Assembly: GCA_038087875.1 (NCBI GenBank)
Contig: JAXLNO010000709.1
Span: 558,001 to 621,024 of the forward strand
Length of the DNA stretch: 63,024 nucleotides
Reading direction: 5' to 3'
DNA from: Malacoraja senta
Taxonomy: Eukaryota
Part shown: positions 50,904-63,024 of the stretch, in pieces
How the letters are laid out: each line of letters opens with the position of its first letter
Position numbering within the stretch: position 1 is the first letter of the stretch
The notes under the pieces: model-generated
Seen by the model: only the letters and a program-made list of their open reading frames with translations
Databases searched by the model: none
Told to the model about the DNA's origin: nothing
Made by a program: the position numbers and the translations under genes

Positions 50904-51020
50904 CACATTTTAACCCATGTGAAGAAAGCCCTTGCCATCACGGAGGAAGTTGCTTCCGACGAGAGACAAGTTACATCTGTACCTGTTTGCCTGGATTTAC
51001 TGGGGAACACTGTGAACTAG
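50904..51020 (+). CDS. vcan: Versican G3 EGF-like domain 1 exon ([39 protein letters not shown])
   Basis: Acceptor tttgtcacAG at 50902-50903 and donor G|GTAAGA at 51021. 117 bp, phase 1/1, six Cys with EGF spacing. Resembles human CKMNPCLNGGTCYPTETSYVCTCVPGYSGDQCEL. Confidence 0.95.
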   Translation, partial: HILTHVKKALAITEEVASDERQVTSVPVCLDLLGNTVN

Positions 51021-51458
51021 GTAAGAGCAACAGTAAACACTGCAATAGCTAAGTGATGCTCAATGCCGTGAAACATTTTTATGAGAAAGGTGTAAGGAAC
51101 ATTTGGTTAGACAATGAGCAAGAATAGGAATGTTGTTTTAAACATACTTTCAGTAGGTATGCTCCAGACATTGTGCAGCAATTTGATCCTCTTTCCAACA
51201 AAACAGGAGAAAAAGTCCCAGTGCATTTAATGTAAATTCTATTAATATCAAATGATTCATTTTTCTTCCTCATATGGAGATTGGATCCACGTATTATGCT
51301 AAATGTTACAGACTTAATTGAGCAAAATGATTCAAAAATGTCTTGAAATTTAAAATGGGAAACAGAAGTATTTTTTTGAACATTACTTTGGAACTACGTA
51401 CATACCTCAACCAGTAATTATTAATCTCACTTTCATACTGAATAAATTTAAGAGTTCC

Positions 51459-51838
51459 TGTCCATATACCCATCCAATCTATTTTTAAAGGATAGCATCG
51501 AACCTGCCTCCACCACTTCCACTGGAAGCTCATTCCACACAGCTACCACTCTCTGAGTAAAGAAGTTCCCCCTAATGTTCCCCCTAAACTTCTGTCCCTT
51601 AATTCTCAAGTCATGTCCCCTTGTTTGAATCTTCCCTACTCTCAATGGGAAAAGCTTATCCACGTCCACTCTGTCTAACCCGCTCATAATTTTAAAGACC
51701 TCTATCAAGTCCCCTCTTAACCTTCTGCGCTCAAAAGAATAAAGACCTAACTTGTTCAACCTTTCTCTGTAACTTAGTTGCTGAAACCCAGGCAACATTC
51801 TAGTAAATCTCCTCTGTACTCTCTCTATTTTGTTGACT
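51459..51838 (-). mobile_element. CR1 LINE fragment nearly identical to 17511-17890
   Basis: LSYRERLNKLGLYSFERRRLRGDLIEVFKI...FFTQRVVAVWNELP read on the minus strand. Confidence 0.9.
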
Positions 51839-52084
51839 GGTTATATGATCTGGAAAGTGATTTCACTGTGCTATTGTCAAGAATATTACATTGTCAGCAG
51901 TTTCATCCTTTGAGTAAAACATTAAACTAAGGCACCATCTACCAATCCCGATGGATGCAAAGATACAATGGCATCATTTCAAGTAAGAGCAAATCAGCGG
52001 TCCTATCCAAGAGTTATTCCTTTATTTTGCATTACAGGAAGAAAATACCTGATTGTTTTCACTTCTCATGCTTTTGGAGCTGTT

Positions 52085-52540
52085 AGAACATAGAACATAG
52101 AAAAATAGTTGCAGGAGTAGGCCATTCGGCCTTTCAAGCCAGCACCCACATTCAATATGATCATGGCGGATCATCTAAAATCAGTAACCCGATCCTGCTT
52201 TTCTCCCATATCCCTTGATGCCATTAGCCCTAAGAGCTAAATCTATCTCTCTTAAATACATCCAGTGAATTGGCCTCCACTGCCACCTGTGGCAGTGAAT
52301 TCCACAGATTAACAACTCTGGGTGAAAAGGTTTATCCTCACATTAGTCCTAAATGGCGTACCCCTTATTTTTAAACTGTGATCCCTGGTTCTGGACTCCC
52401 CAACATCGGGAACATTTTTCCTGCATCTAGCCTGCCCAATCCTTTAAGAATTTTATATGTTTCTGTAAGATTCCCTCTCATCCTTTGAAATTCCAGTGAT
52501 CACAAGCCGGGTCAACCCATTCTTTCATCATATGTCACCA
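52085..52540 (-). mobile_element. CR1/HER1 LINE 3' fragment inserted in an older SINE remnant
   Basis: agaacatagaacatagaaaa tail; body similar to 7578-8050. Confidence 0.85.
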
Positions 52541-53785
52541 TATGTTGGGCTCAGTGTGTTATATCAAGGACGACGCTTCAAAACTATTCATTGACTATGA
52601 ATCAATTTGGATTGTCCTGAGTTCATGAAAGGTGTTACATTAAATCACCTTTCATGACCTATTTTATCTACAATTCCCATGACCTTTCTGCTGATTAATA
52701 TCTCTTCCATTTTTCTAAACGCACTAGAGTCATAGAGGAAAAAAATAGCGTGGAAACAGGCCCTTTGGCCCAACTTGCTCACGTGAACCATCTACAATAG
52801 TCCCATCTACTTGCAATTAATATCACTCTATACTTATCCTATCCATGTACCTGTCCAAATGTTTTTTTTTTAATACTGCAATAATACCTGCTTCAACTAC
52901 CTAACTTTTAATAGTTACATCCAATCTCATCGTAAGCTCTCCCTTTTCAATCCCAGCTTTTCCAGTTACTCACAATAACCTCCTTCTGTGCCACAGAAAT
53001 CACAGCTCAAGTCATTCCTTTAAATGGACCACAGCACCATAAACTGGGAGCAATGCGACTAACAGAAAGCTGGATTAGGAGAACTTAAGTTACATATTGA
53101 TGTCAAAGTTAGAGAATATTGCTGTGTTACGAACTCAAACCACATTTTACGTGCAAAGCTATGTTAGCTAATGGGGAATGCATTTTTACTACATAAAATA
53201 CATTGCAAAGCAACGTCACTTTTTTTGCAAACCAGCATCTGCAACTCCTTGTGTCTCCATTGCAAAGCAAGTACATTTCTGCATAATTTCTGCCCATGCC
53301 AAATTATTTTATGCATAAGTCTTCAATTTTTGGGTCTTGGGGAAGGGGGTTACCGAACGGGCCATTGTAGAGTTATAAAGTAGCTTTTCAAAGCCATGAA
53401 TATCAAACATAACTTTTTTCTTGTTTCTTTTTCCCCCACTGTGCAGTATTTTCTTTGGTTTTGCAAATACACCTTTTACAATCTGAGGTAGTATCAATTT
53501 TTTTCAAATGCTTCTTTTTGTTTATATGATCAGACCGGGAGAGTCAGACAAATTTTCCTGTCTGGACTGCTATCCTAATTAATTAGGGTTGCTTCTGGTT
53601 TTTAGGAAATTGGTCTAAATCTTCAAAGAAGCAACTTCCTGAGTTGTACTTTGAAGAAGTAGGTCCAATGTGAATACTTTGATTAATGATATCATTTAGT
53701 AGGCTTAGCATGCCGTAGCGATTGTGACAGCATTGCTGTGTTTAATTAACCACGAACTAATATTACCAAATTATATTTCATTCAG

Positions 53786-53899
53786 ATGTGGATGAGTGTC
53801 AGTCCAACCCTTGCCAGAATGGAGCCACGTGTATTGATGGTGTCAACTGTTTCAGCTGCGTCTGCTTGCCAAGTTATGCTGGTGCTTTGTGCGAACAAG
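53786..53899 (+). CDS. vcan: Versican G3 calcium-binding EGF-like domain 2 exon ([38 protein letters not shown])
   Basis: Acceptor tttcattcAG at 53784-53785 and donor G|GTAAGT at 53900. 114 bp, phase 1/1. Close to human DFDECHSNPCRNGATCVDGFNTFRCLCLPSYVGALCEQ. Confidence 0.96.
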
Positions 53900-55324
53900 G
53901 TAAGTCAAAAAGTTTTATTAGTTAAACAATACCATTTTTTGCACTGAGGCAACTGAACCAGAAGTTTGGGCATCTGTCAAAACTTGTATATTTTCCATCT
54001 GCGACATATGGTGATCATGATGAAAGGCAGCATTCTCATGTTGCCAAGAAGTGGGTGGGGCAGAAGGAAATACCAGCCAAGTGCAATTCATCATTTAAAT
54101 TCTTAATCGTGATGTGTTTAACAATACCGTGGCAGTTTTTTGATGCAGGTTACAAAATTACGCCTGAATGCTTGGCAAGCTCGTGTCAGGGACTTGGCCA
54201 TAGACATTGTAATGAAGTTCATGCCATTTTAAAGTCTGAGACAGGTATTGTTATTTTTACGTGACAGAATTAACATGACAGAGGAGGCTTTTGAGGCAAA
54301 TACAAAAAGAATTTAAAAAACACAGCTGGACTGGTTTACGGATAGGAAAGGTTTAGAGGGATATAGGCCAAATGCAAGACAATGGGAATAGGTTAGATGG
54401 GGCATCCTGGTTGGCATGAACGAATTGGGCTGAAGGGCTTGTTTCCATGATGCGTAACTCTATGACTCTAATTGTACAGTATATGAAGCCACAGCCACAA
54501 AGGTCAAAATAGGATTTATGGATTTATGAAAGGCAGATCACATTTGACTAAGCTAAATGATCGCGTTGATTAATTAATGAGCGAAGTTCTTGAAGAACTA
54601 TATTTAAAGAAAACATTTGTAAAGCCTTGTTAGCAACAGATCGAAGGAACTGGAGAGTGTCATCTTAGATTTTTTTTTAAATGGCTTCAGAATAGGAAGG
54701 AGAAAGTTGTGGTAAATAAATACTTAACAACCCATTCGGAGATGAGAGTGTTGCCCAAAGAACAATTCTGGGGCACTTCTTTCTGTGATATAATTATGTT
54801 TTCAAGGGACTGTACATTGGCCAGTAGGATGGTAGGGAGAGGAGGTCGAAGTCCCATGCGCTTCAGTCTGACCTGAAGTCATGCCTGTCGGCCATGTTTC
54901 CGGACACAATGGAGGCCTCTCCGTTGTTTCCAGGTACTGTGTTTACTGTACCTGCTGTTTCTGCGAACCTGCACTGGCACGGGGATTCCCTTGCAGACAG
55001 CAGCTCCAGCTCCGTTGCGATCGGGGATTCCCTCACAGTCGGCAGCCGCAGCTCCATTGCTCCTGGAAGATCCTGCCCATCGGCTCCGGAGGTCTCCCCG
55101 GTGTTTCCAAGTACAGTACCTGTGATCCTCAGTCGGGTCGGGTGTTCTCCAGCGATCGAGGGATCGCTTACAGTCGGGGGCTCCCGCAGCTGCGGGAGAT
55201 CGCGATATCACTAGTGCCTTCAAGTGCACTAGCAGCTTGCCCGTTATTGCACCGATTTCTGCCGTTTCTTTGATCCAGGTGAGTTGAGTGAAGCTATAAA
55301 TAATTCTCTTCTGTTGAGCTGCTG

Positions 55325-56963
55325 GCAACTCACGCTTTGATAGGGAGAATACTGATGTGCCTTCCCGAGCCCATTTTCGCCGTGATGGTATTTCAGTCAC
55401 AGTCACAGAGGCTGACGTCAGAAGATCCTTCAGGGGGGTGAACCCTCGGAAAGCGCGTGGGCTTGATGGAATACCTGGCCGTGTTCTAAAAACCTGTGCG
55501 GACCAACTGGCTGGAGTTTTTATGGACATTTTCAACCTCTCACTTCTAAGGTCTGAGGTTCCCACCTGCTTTAAAAGGGCATCAATAATACCGGTGCCCA
55601 AGAAGAGCACGGTGACGTGCCTTCAATGACTATCGAGCAGTGGCACTAACGTCTGTGGTGATGAAGTGCTTTGAGAGGTTGATTATGGCGCATATCAACT
55701 CCTACCTTGACAAGAACATCGACCCACTGCAGTTCGCTTACCGCCACAACAGATCAACGGTGGATGCAATCTCACTGGCTCTCCACTACGCTCTGGACCA
55801 CTTGGACAACAAAAACTCGTATGTCAGGCTGTTGTTCATTGACAACAGCTCAGCGTTTAACACCATAATCCCCTCCAAGCTGGCTACCAAGCTCTCAGAT
55901 CTGGGTCTCTGTGCATCCCTCTGCAAATGGATCCTCGACTTCCTCATCCACAGACCACAGTCTGTCCGTATTGGTGGAAATGTGTCATCCTCGATAACAA
56001 TCAGCACGGGAGCACCTCAAGGCTGCGTGCTCAGCCCCCTGCTGTACTCACTCTATACTCATGACTATGTAGCTGGACATAGTGCGAACTCCATCATCAA
56101 GTTCGCCGACGACACCACTGTTGTGGGACGAATCACTGATGGTGACGAGTCAGAGTATAGAAGTGAGATCGACCGATTGACCAAATGGTGCCAGCACAAC
56201 AACCTGGCTCTCAACACCAGCAAAACCAAGGAACTGATTGTGGACTTCGGAAGGGGTAGGATGGGGACCCACAGTCCCGTTTATATCAACGGGTCGATGG
56301 TGGAAAGGGTCAAGAATTTCAAATTCCTGGGTGTGCATATTTCCGAAGATCTTTCCTGGTCCCTGCACACTGATGCAATTATAAAGTGAGCACATCACGC
56401 CTCTACTTCCTGAGAAGATTATGGAGAGTCGGTATGTCAAAGAGGGCTCTCTCAAACTTCTACAGATGCACAGTAGAGAGCATGCTGACCGGTTGCATCG
56501 TGGCCTGGTTCGGCAACTTGAATGTCCAGGAGCGGAAAAGAATGCAGAAAGCTGTGACCACTGCCCAGTCCATCATCGGCTCTGACCTCCCCACCATTGA
56601 AGGGATCTATCGCAGTCGCTGCCTCAAAAAGGTTGCCAACATCATCAAGGACCCACACCATCCTGGCCACACACTCATCTCTCCGCTGCCATCATGTAGA
56701 AGGTACAGGAGCCTGAAATCTGGTACATCCAGGTTCAGGAACAGCTACTTCCCCACAGCCATCAGGCTATTAAACTCACCGTCAAACAAACTATGAAGTA
56801 TTACAGCCTATTGCACTTTATCTGTTTATTTATGTGTATATATATGGTCTATGCTATATCACACATTGAACTGTTCTGTATTTATGTTTACAATATTCTG
56901 TTGTGCTGCAGCAAGTAAGAATTTAATTGTCCTATCTGGGACACATGACAATAAACTCTCTTG
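55325..56963 (+). mobile_element. Rex1/Babar-like LINE, 5'-truncated RT pseudogene with 3' UTR
   Basis: [69 protein letters not shown] and RFRNSYFPTAIRLLN across three ORFs. Frameshifts near 55622 and 56388. Confidence 0.9.
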
Positions 56964-57699
56964 AATTGGAAGCTAGAATATCGAGCAAATTTTTTGATGA
57001 TGCCAAAATGAATTTGTAGCGAGCAGTTAATCATGTGGTTTGGAGAAGGTGGGGTTGTTCTCCTGGGAGAAATGGAGGTTGGGAAGAGTGATGAAAGATT
57101 TATAAGATTGAGGCAAATAAAGAAAATCTCATCCCATTAGCTGTTGGTACAAGGACTAGGGATCAGGAATGAATGTATTGTGCAACAGATACAGGGAGAT
57201 GTGAGGAGGGATTGAGGATTATGGTAATAGTACATAAAAGCTTGAATCATGGGAAAAACTGTTTTAGTTGGTCTTTCACAATACATTAAATGAATGTAAT
57301 GTACGCACTGGGGTCCTGAGCCAGTCGGACCCCACGTTTTTATCACCAGGGTTTGTTGCTGTAACTGATCTCAAGTGAGTGTCTGTCAGAGGGTACTGTA
57401 ATTTCCTTAGGGCCACTGCATGGAAGAAAAAATAATCAATCTGGCTTCCTGCTACTGATTGTACTCAAGTGCCCTTTCCAGAAGAGATGAATAGAAGTGT
57501 GGATCATGATCCTTACAATGCTGTTGAAGTATCCTGCAGTTCCATACTCTTAAAAACAAAGTTGATTGATTCGGTCTTCTAAAGCCAGCGGTTCAAATCG
57601 TAAATGGACAGTATCATGGATAGTTACCCCCAAAACATCAGTAAAGATGCTGAAATTCAACTGAACCTGAATTTATTCCTTTCACTAATCAGCACGAGA

Positions 57700-57932
57700 G
57701 TCCTGGGACATTTGACCACATCCTTGCCAATATTTATCTCTTAATCAACATCTCAAAAACAGATTATCTGGTTGTTATCACGTCTCAGATTGAGGAAACT
57801 TGTACTTAAATTGGCTGCCGTGTTTCCTACATTACAACAGTGTCCGTACTTCAAAAGTACTTCATTGGTAGTAAAGTGCTTTGGGACATCTCGAGGTCAT
57901 GAAAAGTACTTTATAAGTGCAAGACTTTTTCT
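57700..57932 (+). mobile_element. Ancient SacSINE1/Deu-domain-like SINE 3' part
   Basis: aattggctgccgtgtttcctacattacaacag...cttcaaaagtacttcattgg...gctttgggacatc...gaaaagtactttataagtgcaag. Similar tails near 52570-52650 and 62905-62965. Family recalled from memory. Confidence 0.6.
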
Positions 57933-58514
57933 CTTTTATGTTGCAGGCACTATGCAAATGAAAGCTGTTGTTTTTAATAACCAGTCCCAGCTGTGACATG
58001 CCCCCAAAATGGATTCATCTGCTGACACTCACAGTCTAGGCTTATGTTGGAAGGATGCCCAGCTCAACGGGGTTCTTAATCAGTGCCTATGAAAACCGAG
58101 TGAAAGATAAATGCAATAAATTATTTTCGAGACCAAAGCATTTTTGCCTTTGAATCTAAATGCTCCTATAATATTAACTGAGATTCAAACATTGCAATAC
58201 AATCAGCCTCGTTGCATAATTTGTAACTGTTAACTAGTCTGCGGACTATTACATAAACTAATGGACAAATTTGCACCTAGCATGTAGTCATTCGCTCCAA
58301 AGGAATTTAAATTTGAAAATATATTGTGGTATTGCGAACACATAAGCCAAAATAGATAATAATTGCTGAGCGTTAAAATCTACACTTAGCGATGATGTAA
58401 CCTGGCCATAAATTGAGCTACAAAGTTTCCTCCTTATTATTCATATAAAGCACGCCGTATAGTTCTGCTCAGTGAGTGAGAGAGAATATGTAGCAAACAC
58501 ATTGGTTCATAGGC

Positions 58515-58832
58515 TTGGATAGAATGGATGTGGAGAGGATGTTTGCACTAGTGGGAGAGTCTAGGACCAGAGGTCATAGCCTCAGAATTGAAGGACGATC
58601 CTTTAGGAAGGGGATGAGGAGGAATTTCTTTAGTCAGAAGGTGGTGAATCTGTGGAATTCTTTATTTTTTTATGGTAGAGATAGATTCTTGATTAGTATG
58701 GGTGTCAGGGGTGATGGGGAGAAGGCAGGAGAATGTGTTTAGGAGGGAGTGATAGATCAGCCATGATTGAATGGCAGAGTAGACTTGATGGGCCGAATGG
58801 CCTGATTCTGCTCCAATCGCTTATGACCTTAT
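58515..58832 (+). mobile_element. CR1 LINE 3' fragment with an internal deletion
   Basis: GESRTRGHSLRIEG...NFFSQKVVNLWNS followed by the gatcagccatgattgaatggc tail. Confidence 0.8.
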
Positions 58833-60434
58833 GGTTGACAGCAAACTTGAAATATAGAAATAAATCTCTTGCTTCTGCAAAATTCACCTGTAGTTTTAAA
58901 TGCTTCCAGTTGTAAGCCTTTCCCCATCCACTACAACACATGTAGAAAAATCTGCATGTTTTTTTCTCCTCAGAGGCTTAAGCATTCCATTAAATTGGGT
59001 GATGCCGAAGATACAGGAATGTATCAGGATTTCCATCTTTCCTTTGGGTGTGGTTGTGAATATTGGCAGGGAGACTAGGTCAACGAGTGCAGGGTCTCTT
59101 CCCAGATTACAAAAGCATGCTTCTTAAAAAAGGAATTAATTATTGGTATCAATAGATATGGCTGAAAAATAAAACGGTAGAATTGAAACGCCACATTGGA
59201 CGTTTACAAGTGTCATATTTTGTACGCTTGTATTCTTTAATATAAAACTGAACCTCTCACTTAAAAAGTTGCCTGTTTTCTCTATAATAAATTAAATGTG
59301 GGACTCTAAACCCAGTTAATATTTGCCAGCTTTGGGATATAAAATAGCACAGACTTTAGGACCCAGCGGAACTCTTAGGGCAAAGCAATACATGCCAGAT
59401 TTACACCACATCAGACAAAAATGTATTTCAAAGGACAGACATAACTGTCTGGTGTGAGAAGATGACCACAGAAGTGTAACTCATCAAAAATACAACAGAA
59501 TCTATACCTCACTGCAAACACAGACGGTGATAGCCGACCTTTGAAGGTTACGTTTCAAGGAGAAAATTAGGTTTCCGAATTTGAATTGTGTCTGTAGATT
59601 CTTATCTACGAAATGCATGCCAAGCCTGTTTGTCACATGTGATTCAGAATTGGAAGAGCTGTTCTAAATATGTCAGAGTCCTTTTATGGCAGTGCTGTGG
59701 AAAGGCATTAGTTTTGACTGCTGGACTTCCTTTGTCCAAGATGACGGTTCACTAATCTTAAAGGAGACGATAACACTGCAGGCTGGCGATGATAATAAAC
59801 ACCACAGTTCACAGCCACACATTTACAATATTAACATTTTGTAAATGTTTGTACTCAAGGGAGTTCTTTGATGGAATTCTGTTCAAAGAGACCACCTGGA
59901 TGATTAGTCCCAACCTTTCGACCGTGTTAACGTATTGGTCCCTTCCAAAGCTGATAACAAATTGTCTTCTAATACTGTCATTGATTCAGTAAAGAATAAC
60001 AAATGTTTTGCAGTGTTGAATAATGGAGTCATAAAGCTTAGGAATTGCATCTCACTCAAACCAAAGCAATAGATTATACAGTCCCCAGAAATGAACTTGC
60101 ATATATATAGCACATTATCATGTCTAAAGGACTTTATTTACAGCAATTACTTTTGGAATGTACCCATGTTGGGAGGTTATGCCTAGGAATCAAAATTCTT
60201 CTTGATGATAGCATTTCTTAGTGATAGTATTGTCTCTCAAGCCCATCATTACATACCTTTCCTAACTGCTCATTTCATTGACTTACTATGCCAATTAAGC
60301 TACTTGCCCTTTGAAAGCTCTGATTATGTTCCAATGATTAGGTGTATGCAAAATGTAATTCACAATAATACTGTTGACCTGGCATTTCATTATATACGAC
60401 TGCTGTGATAATCATCTTCAGATTTTAATTAAAA

Positions 60435-60750
60435 TATAGTTTAGATACACATTGTGAAAAAAAGGCCCATCGGCCCACCATGACTGCACTGACCAACTAT
60501 CACCTGTTCACACTAGTTCTATGTTACCCCTGTTTCCTAACCCACACACTAGGGGCAATTTACAAAAGCCAATTAACCTACACACCTGCATGTCTTCGGA
60601 ATATGGGAGGAAACTGGACCACAGAAACACACGTGGTCACAGGGAGACTGTACAAACTCCGTACAGATAGCCACCCCGTTGTCAGGATCGAACCTGGATC
60701 TCTGGCGCTGTAAGGCAGCAACTCTACCTCTGTGCCACTGTGCCGCCTCG
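60435..60750 (-). mobile_element. HE1-like SINE
   Basis: Same body and antisense head (caggatcgaacctgg...gcagcaactctacc...gccactgtgccgcc) as the other copies. Confidence 0.78.
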
Positions 60751-61729
60751 AATATAGTAAACTAAATCCATAATTATAATTATTTGAATCATTGGGTTCA
60801 AATCCTTATCCAGAGACTTGAGCATGAAGATCTAGCTTTACACTCTGGTAAGAGGTGAAACTGTACTCTCAAAGTCGTTGTCTTTTAGGCGAGGCATTAA
60901 ACAGAGGCTCTGTCATATCTCTCTGATAAACAGAGACTGATTGTAGGGGGGGGGATAAGCGGGAAAAGAGAAGCAGGACAAACCATCAGATTGATTGAGA
61001 TGGGTGGGGGTGGGGGGGGGGGGGGGTTAAGCCAGATCTTGTGATCCTGTTTTGAAGAGCGGGCGAGTTACCTCAATATTTATTCCTCAATTAACGCTAC
61101 TAATTTTGATACTGCAATGCTGCTGTTTAGCTATAATTGAAAATGTATGTCAAAATCTTGTTTTTTTTAAAGCATTGAGCTCTGAGGACTATATCACCTT
61201 GAAGTAGGCTGCATTCATCAAGTCAATCTTTCAAATGTACATTTCAGATTTTTCTTCAAAAAGAGTTGCTATTAGTTGGTATTAGTTCTTTTTAAAATAC
61301 TGTCTGTTTCAACTTGGATAATGAATTTCCTTTCTAACTTGATTGGACCCACATGGTCTGTCAGGCCACTTTTAAATTAGATGGTGGTCTTTAAGCTCTG
61401 CTCATTTCCTTTAACAGGCTTGTGTGTACATTAGGGAATTAAAAATGTTATTCATTTTAAAAGCATCATATCACACAAGAGACTGCAGATGCTGGAATCT
61501 CGAGCAAAAGACAATCTGCAAGAGAAACTCTGTAGGTCGAGCACCATTAGTTGGGGAGGTGCGTTAAGGACATGTCAACCATTTCTTCCCCTCCCCACAA
61601 AATTTGCTCAAGCTGCTGAGCTCCCTGGCTGATTGTAGTATCATTTCACACTAACTTGCATTTACAATACACTGCATGGTTTGGACCTATTGCCTACATT
61701 CAGACATCTATATATACGGCCCATATTCA

Positions 61730-61970
61730 GACAGGTGGTGGGTGTATGGAACAAGCTGCCAGAGGAGATAGTTGAGGCTGGGACTATCCCAACATTTAAG
61801 AAACAATGAGAAGAGAGTTAGATATAGCTCTTAGGGCTAACGGAATTGAGGGATATGGGGAGAAAGCAGAACAGGGTACTGATTTTGGATGATCAGCCAT
61901 GATCATATTGAATGGCACTGCTGCCTTGAAGGGACGAATGGCCTACTCCGGCACCTATTTTCTGTTTCTA
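61730..61970 (+). mobile_element. CR1 3' tail fragments
   Basis: gagagttagatatagctcttagggc...gatcagccatgatcatattgaatggc...gaatggcctactcc. Confidence 0.75.
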
Positions 61971-62510
61971 AAATATTGTTATTTTTCATAAATGCAATAA
62001 TTACCCCTGTCACATGCTTTAAAATTTTATAAACATAAACGTTATGCCCGTTGCTCATATGAAACTGATTCATTAAAAATCCTCTACTTTAGTTGAAATC
62101 TGTGGTAATCAAGAAACTTAGTAAGCGTTTGATCTAGATGATGGCATGAAGAGTTATAACAAAATCATTCGAGGCAAATTAGAATGTATGAACTTTTGAT
62201 GATACAAGGAAGAAACAGAATCCCAGAAAAGGAGGGATAGAATCTAGCAGAGAAGGAAATATATTCACTTTCTACTGGCAAACATCCATAATATCTTAAA
62301 CAGGATTACTATGAAGCGGTGTCATGGTAGCATAGCAGATACAGTTGCTGATGCACAGCTTCAGTGAGCTGTTCTCAATGCTGACTTTGGGTCCTGCCTG
62401 TGTGGAGTTTACACATTCTCCAGTGACTGCACGTGCTTTCCTCAGATGCTACAGTATCTTCCTCCTAAAACTTAATTTAATTGGTGACTCTAAATTACCC
62501 CTTGTGTGCA

Positions 62511-62684
62511 AAAGGACACATAGTGCTGAAGTAACTCAGTGAGTCAGGCAGCATCGATGGAGAACATGGATGGGTAACGTTTCAGTTCAAGACCCTTCTT
62601 CAGACTATCAGAAGACATCACCTATCCATGTTCTCCAGAGATGCTGCCTGACCCGCTGAGTTACTCCAGCACTTTGTGTCCTTT
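62511..62684. mobile_element. Palindromic (inverted-pair) Penelope-derived element
   Basis: aaaggacaca..gtgctg.agtaactcag...gcagcatc...ggagaacatgga is mirrored by tccatgttctccagagatgctgcctgacccgctgagttactccagcactttgtgtccttt. Confidence 0.8.
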
Positions 62685-62746
62685 AACCAGCACTTGCAGT
62701 TCTTCATTTCAACCTTTAGTAGTGAGTCGCTTGCAGGAGAATGAAT

Positions 62747-62774
62747 CGGGGGGGGGGGGGGGGGGGGGGGGGGG
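62747..62774. repeat. Poly-G tract
   Basis: About 28 consecutive G. Another G-rich run lies at ~61001-61026. Confidence 0.9.
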
Positions 62775-63024
62775 AGTTGATGTTAATGCAAGGAAGAATA
62801 GGTTAGAGGGAAATAATAATTTTAATTTGGGAGGGTGTAGATTCAATGGGCCAAATTATTTTATTCAATGTCATAAGAAAATAAGAGATACGAGACCTTG
62901 TTTACACTGGTACTAAGTGCTTTGGAATGTCTTGCAGTGTGAAAAGCGTTATATAAATGCAATTGTCCATTGACTTGACAAGACACAAAGGAGCTAGATT
63001 CTGGCTGAATTTACATCAAAGTAC

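Noticed and set aside
55357..56796. Active reverse transcriptase gene
   Set aside because: 5'-truncated with no endonuclease domain and two frameshifts.
62747..62774. Functional G-quadruplex element
   Set aside because: A plain homopolymer with unreliable length and nothing else supporting a function.
53900..63024. Versican C-type lectin exon
   Set aside because: I found no DTETCDYGWHKFQG-like coding sequence by eye; it is presumably beyond the window.

Overview
Vertebrate genomic DNA. The repeat content (HE1-like SINEs, CR1/HER1 LINE tails, Penelope-derived elements) points to a cartilaginous fish, probably a skate; this is an inference. The whole window lies inside a + strand versican (vcan) gene. 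It holds a >24.5 kb upstream intron, one giant phase-1/phase-1 GAG-beta-type coding exon (24582-47678; 23,097 bp, 7,699 codons), two EGF exons (50904-51020, 53786-53899) and further intron. I saw no link-domain or C-type lectin exons. About 13.8 kb of the giant exon is a homogenised array of 13.4 near-identical 1,032-bp (344-aa) units. Each unit is an old dimer of 170- and 174-aa halves, and more diverged copies flank the array. The exon keeps a versican ADAMTS-site-like motif (FINGK...GEE|ARGDQ). The introns are full of mobile elements: two inverted copies of a hAT (DUF659/CGGBP1-like) transposon that both carry a captured Penelope 3' end with a minimal hammerhead-ribozyme core, many other Penelope-derived hammerhead-like remnants, MITEs, CR1, Rex1/Babar and L1-like fragments, and SINEs. 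Family assignments come from recalled motifs; no database search was run.
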